From: an uncultured bacterium
GTDB lineage: Bacteria > Patescibacteriota > Minisyncoccia > Phycocordibacterales > DATDWN01
DNA length: 64,000 nucleotides
Assembly: GCA_903861205.1 (NCBI GenBank)
Contig: CAIOTC010000022.1
Coordinates: 25-64,024, forward strand
Reading direction: 5' to 3'
The position numbers and the translations under genes were made by a program. Under the pieces are notes generated by a model that did not search any database, was not told the DNA's origin, and saw only the letters and a list, made by a program, of their open reading frames with translations. Shown here piece after piece: positions 17,653-26,676 of this stretch. Position 1 is the stretch's first letter. Every line of letters starts with the position of its first letter.

Positions 17653-18252
17653 ATGAAAAACAACACATACATATTGTCAGCGATTTTCCTCATTACATCA
17701 GCCTCGCCAGCTTTGGCCCAAGCGGCAAATACGTCTGTAAAAACTATTCGGGCGGATTTGGCCAGCACGACAAAAAAAGAAAAAGACGCGGCAAATGACG
17801 CCATAAAAAGTCAGATGGAAGCGGCCCAGAGAGAAATGCAACAGCAGCGAGACAACGCGGTTAGAACTGTTTTGAAAAACCAAGCAACCAGAGTTGGAAT
17901 AAGAGTCGGCGCGACCATCGACCGATTACAAAACATCATGGATCGAGTCAATTCGCGTATCGAGAAAATTAAAAATGCCGGCGCGGGAAATACAGCCGGC
18001 GCGCAAAAATACGTTGCGGACGCAAAAACCAGCCTGGACAAAGCCAAGGCCTCGTTCGAATCAATGAAAAACGCCGTTAATTCCATGACCAGTGGCGCAA
18101 ATGCCACGGCCAGCAGCACGTCGGAAGTGGTAAAAAGTCTGAAGAGCATGGAAAAAGATGTGGAAAAAAATCTCCAGTCAACCAGAACTTCGCTTTCCAA
18201 AGCAATCGGCAGTCTGAAAGGTCTTGCAACAACTACAAACCAAACAAATTAA
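17653..18252 (+). CDS. Secreted coiled-coil protein of unknown function (signal peptide MKNNTYILSAIFLITSASPALAQA)
   Basis: RBS gggggt before the ATG at 17653, then a cleavable signal peptide and an A/K/Q-rich helical protein. Confidence 0.5.
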   Translation: MKNNTYILSAIFLITSASPALAQAANTSVKTIRADLASTTKKEKDAANDAIKSQMEAAQREMQQQRDNAVRTVLKNQATRVGIRVGATIDRLQNIMDRVNSRIEKIKNAGAGNTAGAQKYVADAKTSLDKAKASFESMKNAVNSMTSGANATASSTSEVVKSLKSMEKDVEKNLQSTRTSLSKAIGSLKGLATTTNQTN

Positions 18253-18272
18253 CCATTAACTAACCAATTCAT

Positions 18273-18308
18273 CCTGTGATATGGGTGCCCTACGGGCAAT
18301 ATCACAAG
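18273..18308 (+). promoter_or_regulatory. Conserved hairpin family D copy 1: cctgtgatat-gggtgccctacgggca-atatcacaag, 10 nt upstream of the start codon of 18319
   Basis: 10 bp inverted arms with a conserved 16 nt loop. A second copy lies upstream of xth. Confidence 0.55.
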
Positions 18309-18318
18309 ATAAAATACC

Positions 18319-18618
18319 ATGAATGACGAAAACAAATCATCAGTCGGTTCAATAATAGGCACAATCATCATCATTGCTCTCATCGTCCTGGGCGGTTTGT
18401 ATTTCTGGGGCAAGCGCGTTGAGGAAGCGCAGAACGCCAAGAAAATGGCCAGCGAAGCGACTCTTCCAACAGTCTCGGCCGAGGATCAGGCGGCGGCCAA
18501 CGAAGCCGCGTCGATAAAAAGCACCAGTTCATTGGACGATTTGGATTCCATTGAGTCTGATTTGAATAACACAAACACCACAAACTTGAGCCCGGAGTTG
18601 GATGTGCAAGCACAGTAA
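18319..18618 (+). CDS. Small single-pass membrane protein, unknown function
   Basis: 99 aa with a TM helix SIIGTIIIIALIVLGGLYFW. It is immediately preceded by conserved hairpin element D1. Confidence 0.45.
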   Translation: MNDENKSSVGSIIGTIIIIALIVLGGLYFWGKRVEEAQNAKKMASEATLPTVSAEDQAAANEAASIKSTSSLDDLDSIESDLNNTNTTNLSPELDVQAQ

Positions 18619-18626
18619 AAGTGGAC

Positions 18627-18745
18627 AAAAATTCGCTGAATAATATTTTTTTGGAGCACGGATATTTTTCTGCTGAAAAATTCCTCAAGCCTCCGCTCGC
18701 CAGCGTCCGGAGTCTCCCAAAAAACATTATCCAGCGAATTTTTTA
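18627..18745 (+). repeat. Family C copy 2 (a 70 nt core identical to copy 3) bounded by the 17 bp IR aaaattcgctgaataat / attatccagcgaatttt
   Basis: ttggagcacggatatttttctgctgaaaaattcctcaagcctccgctcgccagcgtccggagtctcc. Confidence 0.75.
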
Positions 18746-18791
18746 GTGGTGATGTCGGGGTTTGCAAAAAGATGGCTTGTAATATAAAGTA

Positions 18792-19889
18792 ATGAATATG
18801 TCAAAAAATTACGAAAACATTGTTCTTAATTCATTGCCGGAGAGAGAAATGGAAATTGTCGGACAAATTACGGCCGAGAAAATGGCGCTCTTGCGCGAGA
18901 AAGCTTTGGCCAAGGTCAAGGAAAATTTGGAAGTGGATGGGTTCCGCAAAGGCAACGCGCCGGATTCGGTCGTCGCCCAAAAAGTTGGCGAGATGCGCCT
19001 TCTGGAGGAAGCGGCTGAAATCGCTCTAGGTGAAGAATATCCGAACATTTTGGAAGAGCACAATATCGATGCCATCGGCCGTCCGGAAATCACCATCACC
19101 AAAATCGGTGTCGGCGCACCATTGGAATTCAAAGTCAAAACCGCTCTGATGCCAGAAATTAAGCTTGGAGATTATAAAAAAATTGCTTCTTCTGTGGCGC
19201 CAGCCAATGAAAAAAATAAGGCGCCAGCTACGACAGTGCCGGAAGTTACGGACAAAGAAGTTGACGATGTTGTGTTAAATATTCGCAAAAACATGGCTCA
19301 TCAATTGGCCCATGAAAAAGCTGGGCTGGATGAGCATGATCATAATCACGGAGAAATAAAAGATGAAGACTTGCCCGCTATCGACGAAAACTTTTTGAAA
19401 TTGCTCGGTGATTTCAAAAGCGAAACAGATTTGCGAGAAAAAATAAAAGAGAATATTGGAAAAGATAAGGCGCGAGCTACGACAGACAAACGACGAACAG
19501 ATATCTTGGAAAAAATAATCGCCGAATCAAAAATAGAAATGCCAAAAATCATTGTTGAAGGCGAGCTGGAAAAAATGCTGGCCCAATTCAAAGATGACTT
19601 GGCTCGAAGCGGAGTTCCCTACGATGAATATTTGAAACATATCAAAAAATCTGAGGAAGATTTGAAAAAGGAATGGCACGACACCGCCGTCAAACGCGCC
19701 AAATCGCAGATTATTCTAAACACCATCGCCAAGGAAGAAAATATCTCGCCTGCCGAGGAAAATATTAAAAAAGAAATGGAAAACATCCTGGCCAATTTCA
19801 AAGAAGCCGATAGGTTCCGCGTCCGGATGTATGTGGAAACATTTTTGACCAATGATTTAGTCTTTAAGTTTTTAGAGGAGCAAAAATAA
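18792..19889 (+). CDS. tig: Trigger factor, short form lacking the FKBP/PPIase domain
   Basis: 365 aa. N-terminal ribosome-binding domain with GFRKGNAP, plus the C-terminal chaperone domain. No FKBP segment is present. It lies upstream of clpP, as is usual for tig. Confidence 0.8.
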   Translation: MNMSKNYENIVLNSLPEREMEIVGQITAEKMALLREKALAKVKENLEVDGFRKGNAPDSVVAQKVGEMRLLEEAAEIALGEEYPNILEEHNIDAIGRPEITITKIGVGAPLEFKVKTALMPEIKLGDYKKIASSVAPANEKNKAPATTVPEVTDKEVDDVVLNIRKNMAHQLAHEKAGLDEHDHNHGEIKDEDLPAIDENFLKLLGDFKSETDLREKIKENIGKDKARATTDKRRTDILEKIIAESKIEMPKIIVEGELEKMLAQFKDDLARSGVPYDEYLKHIKKSEEDLKKEWHDTAVKRAKSQIILNTIAKEENISPAEENIKKEMENILANFKEADRFRVRMYVETFLTNDLVFKFLEEQK

Positions 19890-20612
19890 ACTTGCCACGG
19901 CAATGGCGGCGGTTTCGGCACGAAGGATTTGCGAACCGAGGGAGACGATCGGCAAGTTGTAAGATTTGAAAAGGGCGATTTCTTTGTCGGAAAATCCTCC
20001 TTCGGGGCCGATAAATGTGGCAAAAGAATTTTGATTCGTGCTACTTATATATTGTCTAAAACTTATGCAAGGACTGTCCTTGCTAAAATTGGTGTGAAAG
20101 GCAATTTTCTCTTGAGGTAAGATTCCGACAGTAAACACATCCTGGAGTGTCATCTCTGGATGAATGACCGGAATGTCTCCCCTGCCGGATTGCTCGCTCG
20201 CCTCGATGGCAATTTTTTTCATTCTTTCCAGATTCAATTTTCTTTTCTCGCTGTGTTCACAAATTATTGGCACAATGTTCGTAACGCCGAGCTCCGTCGC
20301 TTTCTGTACCACCAAATCGAAATTATCTTTCTTGAGGAGCGCCACACACAGCCAAACATTTTTCCTCTGGTTCACATCCGCCGTTTTGTGATTTTTTAAA
20401 ACCTGCACCGTCGCACCCAAATTGCGAATTGACGAAATCATGCACAGATAGTCCATTCCTGCGCCGTCAAAAAGGACGACTTGCGAGCCGACATTGTAAC
20501 GAAAAACATTTTTCCACTGATGAACCAGGTCTTTGTCAGCGATATCAAAACTTCCCTTCTGCTCAAAAAGTTCAGCAATATTTGCGTTTATAAAAAATCG
20601 ATGAAGTCTCAT
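19872..20612 (-). CDS. rsmE: 16S rRNA (uracil1498-N3)-methyltransferase RsmE. Start placed at MRLHRFFI.
   Basis: MRLHRFFI...C-terminal GPEGGFSDKEIALF...LGSQILRAETAAI. Confidence 0.75.
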   Translation of the reverse strand: MRLHRFFINANIAELFEQKGSFDIADKDLVHQWKNVFRYNVGSQVVLFDGAGMDYLCMISSIRNLGATVQVLKNHKTADVNQRKNVWLCVALLKKDNFDLVVQKATELGVTNIVPIICEHSEKRKLNLERMKKIAIEASEQSGRGDIPVIHPEMTLQDVFTVGILPQEKIAFHTNFSKDSPCISFRQYISSTNQNSFATFIGPEGGFSDKEIALFKSYNLPIVSLGSQILRAETAAIAVASLFLLL

Positions 20613-20654
20613 ATAAATAGAGTACAACGTTTTTAAGCAAAAGAAAAGACAAAA

Positions 20655-20682
20655 TTGCCAAAAGACGATTTTTTGGTATAAT
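20655..20682 (+). promoter_or_regulatory. Promoter of clpP (TTGCCA-16nt-TGgTATAAT, extended -10)
   Basis: ttgccaaaagacgattttttggtataat. Confidence 0.5.
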
Positions 20683-20734
20683 CTGCTTGTTCCCAACTTA
20701 TTAGACTTATTCAACTTATCTAACTTATAAAACT

Positions 20735-21307
20735 ATGTTGATTCCCACAGTTATCGAAAAATCACAATTCGGCGAGCGAGCATACGACATTTACTCGCGA
20801 CTTTTGCGCGAAAATATCATTTTCCTCGGCGGACCGATCGATGACGACACAGCCAACATTATCATCGCCCAGCTTCTTTTCTTGCAGTCCGAAGATCCGA
20901 AAAAAGACATTTCGCTTTATGTAAACTCACCAGGAGGATCGGTCACTTCCGGCTTGGCTATTATCGACACCATGGATCACATCAAAAATGACGTGTCGAC
21001 CGTTTGTGTCGGAGTGGCAGCTTCAATGGGAGCAATGATTTTGTCCGCTGGCAAAAAGGGCAAGCGCTTTGCCCTGCAAAACGCAGAAGTGATGATTCAT
21101 CAGCCCCTCTTGCATGGTCTAGAAGGACAAGCTTCAGATATCGAAATCGGCGCTAAAAATATCATCAAAATGCGCGAGAACCTTTACAAAATGCTGTCAA
21201 AAAACACCGGTCAACCAATGCCAAAAATCGAAAAAGACGCCGACCGAAATTTCTACATGTCCGCCGACGAAGCCAAAAAATACGGCATCATCGACAAAGT
21301 TTTGTAA
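20735..21307 (+). CDS. clpP: ATP-dependent Clp protease proteolytic subunit
   Basis: 190 aa. The Ser-His-Asp catalytic region [11 protein letters not shown]...MIHQPL. Confidence 0.9.
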   Translation: MLIPTVIEKSQFGERAYDIYSRLLRENIIFLGGPIDDDTANIIIAQLLFLQSEDPKKDISLYVNSPGGSVTSGLAIIDTMDHIKNDVSTVCVGVAASMGAMILSAGKKGKRFALQNAEVMIHQPLLHGLEGQASDIEIGAKNIIKMRENLYKMLSKNTGQPMPKIEKDADRNFYMSADEAKKYGIIDKVL

Positions 21308-21363
21308 TAAATTCCAAATTTTGAGCAAAAGAAAATGGCAAGGACCGTCCTTGCCATTTTTGA

Positions 21364-22164
21364 TTATGTCACTTTAAGTCTTTTTTCTTCTTGTTCGATG
21401 AGAGCTTTGAAATTCCCTTCGTCAATATCGGCACCGAATAGACCGGGTGCCCATTTGAACGGTGCTGGATTTTTGGCAAAAAGTTCTTCAATTTCACTCG
21501 TGCCGAAAATCTTAAGTGGCAGGCTTTGCTTCTTTTCAAAATCGCTCTCGAGTCGCATAGCATAGCCGACTGTGCCGGCTTCGTTGACCATGCACTCCAA
21601 AGCGATGAGTTTTGAATCTCGTGGTTTAAGTGATTTCCACACATGGAAAATCGAGTCTCTGTCACTGGTGATGAGCATAATTTTGGGCATTGCCTTCACT
21701 ATCGCTGGAAAGAATCCCATGAGGCCATGCTTCAACTCCAAGGCCCAGCACGGTTTGCTCACCCAACCAGCCCTGTCACCTTCGAGCAAATCTTTGAGAT
21801 TGTTCGGAAATGAAATGTCGATGGGCACGCCACGCTCTTCAAGCATGCGTTTGCTTTCCCGACCAGTTTCTTCAAAGTCGTACCGTTCTTTCATTTGAGC
21901 GTTGTAAACCTGTTTTGTTACGTGTTTTCCATCCAAACCGTGCTGGCAAGTTTGGCAAAGTGCCGCACCGCAGATTAAACTGCTACCAACATCGCAACTT
22001 CGCACGGCATGCTCTCCGCACGATACACACTTGACTTCTTCGTGCTTTGAACACCAGCCGTTTGTGCTCGGCTTTTTGCACGGTACCCAACCTTTCTCGT
22101 CAAATTTGCAAGGAACAGATTTTGGCATTTTTACATCCGACATTGTCTTTACCTCCGCTACCAC
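21364..22164 (-). CDS. Hypothetical protein with an N-terminal Cys-rich zinc-ribbon region and a C-terminal region weakly resembling a NYN/PIN-like nuclease
   Basis: CKFDEKGWVPC..CSKHEEVKCVSCGEHAVRSC..CGAALCQTC. The C-terminal PKIMLITSDRDSIFHVWKSLK..KLIALE looks like the vvLvSgDgDf..lv core of NYN domains. This is a weak call. Confidence 0.35.
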   Translation of the reverse strand: MVAEVKTMSDVKMPKSVPCKFDEKGWVPCKKPSTNGWCSKHEEVKCVSCGEHAVRSCDVGSSLICGAALCQTCQHGLDGKHVTKQVYNAQMKERYDFEETGRESKRMLEERGVPIDISFPNNLKDLLEGDRAGWVSKPCWALELKHGLMGFFPAIVKAMPKIMLITSDRDSIFHVWKSLKPRDSKLIALECMVNEAGTVGYAMRLESDFEKKQSLPLKIFGTSEIEELFAKNPAPFKWAPGLFGADIDEGNFKALIEQEEKRLKVT

Positions 22165-22346
22165 TCTACCTAAATTTGGAAAAAAGTAAAGGATTTGCCT
22201 CTTTCCCTTATTTCATATATAGTATGTTCATTATTGATTTTAATTTTACCGTACCGGCTTTCTTTAAATTTATGAACTTTTTCCACCTCGACTTACCAAA
22301 TAGATTCAACAAATTTCTCGAATAGAAAACGGACGGTTTACATAAC

Positions 22347-23876
22347 ATGTCATTAAAAATAGTTTTCGCTCTGCTCTCTGTAGCAACAGCGGCCGGGATC
22401 GCCCTCGGTTATTATTTGCGCTTCATCATTTCGCTAGGTCGCAAAGGCTCTCTCGAACTTCGCCTTCAGCAGATGGAGATTTTGGCCAAGGATAAGGAAA
22501 AAGAAATCATCACTGAAGCCGAAAAGAAAGCGGAAGAAATTTTGAAGGAAGCTCGCCACGAAATAAAAGAAAAAGAAGTTGAAAGTAAAAAAACGGAGGA
22601 TCGCTTGATCAAAAAGGAGGAGCTTTTGGATCACCGCCAGACTGATATCGACCGCGAAGTGGAGGAAATCAAAAAGCGAATCGAGGAAATAAAAACCATC
22701 CGCGAAAACACCGAAAAGCTCGAGTCGGAAAAACGTGAGGAATTGCACAAAGTGGCCAAACTTTCCGAGGAAGACGCCAAAGCGGAAATTTTCAAAGTGG
22801 TTGAAAAAAATTCCGAGGAGGACATTTTGGCCCACATGCAAAAACTGGAGATGATGGGCACAGAAAAGTTCGAGGATAAAGCCAAGACAATCGTGGCCAC
22901 GGCTATTCAGCGACTGTCCAACTCCGTCTCATCCGACATGCTCACCACGCACGTCGTCATTCCAAACGACGAAATCAAAGGCAAAATCATCGGCAAGGAA
23001 GGCCGAAATATCAAAGCTTTTGAGCGCGTCACCGGTGTTGAAGTCATAGTCGACGACACGCCCGGTTCGATTACCATTTCATCGTTTGATCCTGTTCGCC
23101 GCCAAATCGCCAAACTGGCTCTGGAGAAACTCATCGCCGACGGACGCATTCAGCCGGCCAAAATCGAGGAATTCACCCAGAAAGCCGAGTCGGAAATCAA
23201 CAAAATAATCAAAGAAAAAGGTGAGGAAGCCGTTTACGAAACTGGCGTGCTCGGACTCGATCCGCGCGTCGTTTCCATTTTGGGCCGTCTCCATTTCCGC
23301 ACTAGCTATGGCCAGAATATTTTGGCGCACTCGATCGAAATGTCGCACATCGCCGGAATGCTGGCCGAGGAGCTCGGCGCTGACGTCTCGGTGGCCAAAG
23401 CCGGCGCGCTGGTTCACGACATCGGCAAAGCCCTCGACCATGAGGTGGTCGGCACGCACGTTGACATCGGACGACGTATTTTGCAGAAATTCGGAACGAA
23501 CGAAGCCATCATCAAGGCCATGCAAGCCCACCACGAGGAATACCCTTACGAAACAGTCGAATCAATCATCGTCCAATCAGCCGACGCCATTTCCGGCAGC
23601 CGTCCTGGCGCCCGCCGTGACAGCGTCGAGAATTACTTGAAGCGCCTGGCTGACCTGGAAGGTTTGGCCAAATCGTTCACCGGCGTGGAAAAAGCTTATG
23701 CCCTGCAAGCCGGCCGCGAAATCCGCATTTTTGTCACCCCGACCGACGTTTCCGACCTTGATGCCAAGAAAATGGCGCGCGATATAGCCATTAAAATCGA
23801 ACAAGACCTCAAATATCCAGGTGAAATCAAGGTGGTCGTCATCCGCGAAGCTCGTATTATCGAATTCGCAAGATAA
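22347..23876 (+). CDS. rny: Ribonuclease Y
   Basis: 509 aa with an N-terminal TM helix, coiled coil, KH domain (GKIIGKEGRNI) and HD domain (HSIEMSHIAGMLAEELG...LVHDIGKA). Confidence 0.9.
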   Translation: MSLKIVFALLSVATAAGIALGYYLRFIISLGRKGSLELRLQQMEILAKDKEKEIITEAEKKAEEILKEARHEIKEKEVESKKTEDRLIKKEELLDHRQTDIDREVEEIKKRIEEIKTIRENTEKLESEKREELHKVAKLSEEDAKAEIFKVVEKNSEEDILAHMQKLEMMGTEKFEDKAKTIVATAIQRLSNSVSSDMLTTHVVIPNDEIKGKIIGKEGRNIKAFERVTGVEVIVDDTPGSITISSFDPVRRQIAKLALEKLIADGRIQPAKIEEFTQKAESEINKIIKEKGEEAVYETGVLGLDPRVVSILGRLHFRTSYGQNILAHSIEMSHIAGMLAEELGADVSVAKAGALVHDIGKALDHEVVGTHVDIGRRILQKFGTNEAIIKAMQAHHEEYPYETVESIIVQSADAISGSRPGARRDSVENYLKRLADLEGLAKSFTGVEKAYALQAGREIRIFVTPTDVSDLDAKKMARDIAIKIEQDLKYPGEIKVVVIREARIIEFAR

Positions 23877-24052
23877 TTTGGAAGGATTTTTAAAATTTCT
23901 TACGAACAGAGGCTTTTCCGTCGCCAGAATATTTTCCTGCTGGAAAATTTCTTCCTCCTCGTCTCTTCACGGACTCCGGAACGCGCCGGAAAAGCCTCTG
24001 TTCGACTAAATTTTGAAAAATCCAACTATATTTTTTGTCCACAGTCAATATG

Positions 24053-24080
24053 TTGCCTAAAAAAACCGTTGGTATATAAT
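24053..24080 (+). promoter_or_regulatory. Promoter of hup (TTGCCT-16nt-TGgTATATAAT)
   Basis: ttgcctaaaaaaaccgttggtatataat. Confidence 0.45.
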
Positions 24081-24132
24081 GTCCATATAGTAGATAGTCA
24101 AAATTTATTAGCCATAACTAAAATTAACAATC

Positions 24133-24405
24133 ATGAACAAAGCATCAATCGCAGACAAAGTTCACGAAAAACTTGGCGGAACAAAAGTTCAAGCCGAAGA
24201 AATCGTGGATTTGATGATCAGCTCGATCGTCGACACATTAAAACAAGGTGGTGAAGTTTCGATCGCCGGCCTCGGCATCTTCTCGACCAAGACCCGCGCC
24301 GCTCGCCAAGCTCGCAACCCGCGCACAGGCGAATCGATTTCCGTTCCGTCAATGAAAGTGCCAAAATTCCGCGCAGCAAAAGCGCTCAAGGAAGCTGTAA
24401 AGTAA
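24133..24405 (+). CDS. hup: DNA-binding protein HU
   Basis: 90 aa. GFGTF-like arm ...ARNPRTGESISVP... Confidence 0.9.
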   Translation: MNKASIADKVHEKLGGTKVQAEEIVDLMISSIVDTLKQGGEVSIAGLGIFSTKTRAARQARNPRTGESISVPSMKVPKFRAAKALKEAVK

Positions 24406-24428
24406 TTTAATTTTAAATTGCGCAAATC

Positions 24429-24455
24429 AAAAAACACCGTGAACGGTGTTTTTTG
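24429..24455 (+). terminator. Rho-independent terminator of hup
   Basis: aaaaaacaccgtgaacggtgtttttt, a perfect stem followed by a T-run. Confidence 0.7.
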
Positions 24456-24462
24456 ATTTCTG

Positions 24463-24533
24463 TGCGGGACGGGGGAATCGAACTCCCGCCAAAAGATTGG
24501 AAATCTTTTGTTCTACCACTAAACTAGTCCCGC
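24463..24533 (-). tRNA. tRNA-Gly (anticodon UCC)
   Basis: The reverse complement GCGGGAC..GTTTAGTGGTAGAAC..AAAGA-TTTCCAA-TCTTT..GGGAG-TTCGATT-CCCCC-GTCCCGC-A folds as a cloverleaf with a 7 bp acceptor stem and anticodon loop ttTCCaa. Confidence 0.8.
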
Positions 24534-24583
24534 AATAAAAACATATTACCAAAAAATTACCTTGTGGGCAATTTTTTGTTTAG

Positions 24584-24811
24584 CTATTCAATACCGATAA
24601 AATCTTTCAAATTTTCCACCGTCTCGCCGGTGTCTCGCAAAATTTTCCGGAGCACACCGCGACTTACCGGATTATGCGCTGGCACGGTCACGGAAACTCT
24701 GCCCAAACATTCAAATCTGATGTGACTTCCTTTTTGTCTGACTTTCACATAACCTAAACTGGAAAGAAATTTAGCAACTTCAGTGTATTTTAGAGAAGGA
24801 ATTGGAGACAT
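24584..24811 (-). CDS. hicA: HicA toxin (mRNA interferase, YcfA-like)
   Basis: 75 aa. KGSHIRFECLGRVSVTVPAH. Confidence 0.8.
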   Translation of the reverse strand: MSPIPSLKYTEVAKFLSSLGYVKVRQKGSHIRFECLGRVSVTVPAHNPVSRGVLRKILRDTGETVENLKDFIGIE

Positions 24812-24814
24812 AAT

Positions 24815-25069
24815 TTAAATAGAAACTGCGTGTAAACTTATATCCGAAAAAGAATAATTTTTTATAAAAGTTTTGTTTTCTTTTTCTTCCAAGCACAGAG
24901 AAATAACCTCCTTGATATTTTTCAAAGCTTCGTCGAGAGTTTTTCCAGATGTATAACAGCCATTAAAAAGCGGACATTCAACGACATAAACATTGTCCTC
25001 GTCTTTTTCCACCACAACTGGAAATGTATTTTTATTGGGTATTTTTTTCATTTTTTTCTTCTTTTTCAT
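24815..25069 (-). CDS. hicB: HicB antitoxin (UPF0150 family). Start ambiguous: Met at 25069 or 25051.
   Basis: FPVVVEKDEDNVYVVECPLFNGCYTSGKTLDEALKNIKEVISLCLEE. It is followed 3 nt later by hicA. Confidence 0.7.
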   Translation of the reverse strand: MKKKKKMKKIPNKNTFPVVVEKDEDNVYVVECPLFNGCYTSGKTLDEALKNIKEVISLCLEEKENKTFIKNYSFSDISLHAVSI

Positions 25070-25101
25070 ACTATAGCATAATAATTTGCTATAATGAAGC
25101 C

Positions 25102-26235
25102 ATGCTAAAAACAATCGGGGTAACAATTTTGCTTTTGATATCGGTTGCTTTAGGTGTAGCATCCTACGCCATTTTGTCCATGCCACTTGTTGTTTCCACG
25201 CAAAATGTGGCCGTTAATTCGACAAATACGACCGATTCGACCTATCCGTCCAATTCAACTGTTGCCACAACAACGAAACAAAAAACTCCGGAAAAATCAG
25301 TGGTAGCTAAAAAAATCGCAGCGCCCGTAAAAACCGAGCAAACACCGGCGACACAGGCAACTCCCGTCCCCGCCGTGCCGCAAATTCCGTTTGAACAGCT
25401 GAACGTCACAGCCAGAAAAGCGCTGGTCAACATTCTCTGCTCAACGCAATCCGGCGGACCGCTTTCCCCCATCTCCGGCAGCGGAGTCATCATAAGCGAC
25501 AACGGTGTCATTTTGACCAACGCCCACATCGCCCAATATTTTTTGCTCCGCGATTTTAACGGCCAAAAAGACGCGGTCGAGTGCCTCATCCGCACCGGCT
25601 CGCCCGCCTACAATACCTACAGCGCCGAACTTGTTTACATTTCGCCGACATGGATTGCCGACAACAAAACCGTTCTGACTGATCAGAATCCAAAAGGTAC
25701 CGGCGAACACGATTACGCCTTTCTGCGCATTACGGGAAAAGTTGACGGCTCGCCAGTGACAGACCGGGTTCCGTATTTACCAGTGAGTCTCTCGGAAAAT
25801 AATATCGTGGGCACTTACGAACTCCTGGCCTCATATCCGGCCGGCTTTCTCGGCGGACAATCCATTTTGCAAAATTTGTTTCAATCGAGCGCCATCACCA
25901 CCATACAAGAAGTTTACACATTTGGCTCTGACACCATCGACCTCGTTTCCGTCCCAAGTACCGTCGTCTCGCAAAAAGGCTCGTCCGGTGGCGCGGTGGT
26001 CAACGGATTTGGCACACTAACGGGCATCATTTCCACCGAAACGGAAGGCGCCACCACCGGCGACCGCGACCTGCGTGCCATCACCGCTAGTTACATAAAT
26101 CGTGATCTCAAAGCCGAATCCGGTTCGTCCATCGCCGACATCCTCGCCTTCCCCGCCCAGTACACCCAAAATTTCAACACCACCATAGCGCCGAAACTCT
26201 CCGAAATCTTAACCAACGCCATTTTGAAAAAATAA
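25102..26235 (+). CDS. Secreted/membrane-anchored trypsin-like serine protease (S1 family)
   Basis: Signal/anchor MLKTIGVTILLLISVALGVASYAIL. His motif GSGVIISDNGVILTNAHI and Ser motif QKGSSGGAVVNGFGTLTGI. tgctataat lies 8 nt before the ATG. Confidence 0.75.
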   Translation: MLKTIGVTILLLISVALGVASYAILSMPLVVSTQNVAVNSTNTTDSTYPSNSTVATTTKQKTPEKSVVAKKIAAPVKTEQTPATQATPVPAVPQIPFEQLNVTARKALVNILCSTQSGGPLSPISGSGVIISDNGVILTNAHIAQYFLLRDFNGQKDAVECLIRTGSPAYNTYSAELVYISPTWIADNKTVLTDQNPKGTGEHDYAFLRITGKVDGSPVTDRVPYLPVSLSENNIVGTYELLASYPAGFLGGQSILQNLFQSSAITTIQEVYTFGSDTIDLVSVPSTVVSQKGSSGGAVVNGFGTLTGIISTETEGATTGDRDLRAITASYINRDLKAESGSSIADILAFPAQYTQNFNTTIAPKLSEILTNAILKK

Positions 26236-26260
26236 AAATAAATTACTAAACCCTGTATTT

Positions 26261-26330
26261 GTCATTCCCGCGCAGGCGGGAATCCAGAAATATGTATGGA
26301 AATATGGATTCCCGCCTGCGCGGGAATGAC
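26261..26330. repeat. 70 nt near-perfect palindrome (24 bp arms) between convergent genes; likely a bidirectional terminator
   Basis: gtcattcccgcgcaggcgggaatcc-N20-ggattcccgcctgcgcgggaatgac. Confidence 0.7.
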
Positions 26331-26366
26331 ACGGTGGTGAGTTTTGTTAATTTAAGAAGTTTGAAA

Positions 26367-26672
26367 CTATTTTGAATTATTGGCGCTGATCTGTATGATC
26401 ATCTGGAAATTGTCCTCTTTAACCGCTTTGTTCGGCTTTTCGGTGCCGCACTTTTGGCATTTGTGGATAATAGTGTACTCCTTGTTTTTCACTTCCACAC
26501 GCACCGGTTCCATCATCCCGCCGCAATCCCCCGCTCTGTCGCCCGGAAAAACGTCCACGTGCTTGGACCACAAACATTCCGGACAATGATTCGTGTAGCC
26601 GTTCCCCACTACATCCGCTCCGCACTTCTGGCACACAAAATCCTCCTTATTTTTTATGAATTTAGATGACAT
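26367..26672 (-). CDS. RNHCP domain-containing protein (Cys-rich). Start placed at MSSKFIKN.
   Basis: FVCQKCGADVVGNGYTNHCPECLWSKHVD...IIHKCQKCG. Confidence 0.6.
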   Translation of the reverse strand: MSSKFIKNKEDFVCQKCGADVVGNGYTNHCPECLWSKHVDVFPGDRAGDCGGMMEPVRVEVKNKEYTIIHKCQKCGTEKPNKAVKEDNFQMIIQISANNSK

Positions 26673-26676
26673 CAGA

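Noticed and set aside
26261-26330. gtcattcccgcgcaggcgggaatcc palindrome, superficially similar to some CRISPR repeat sequences
   Set aside because: It is a single inverted pair with no tandem repetition or spacers, between convergent genes. It is best explained as a bidirectional terminator.
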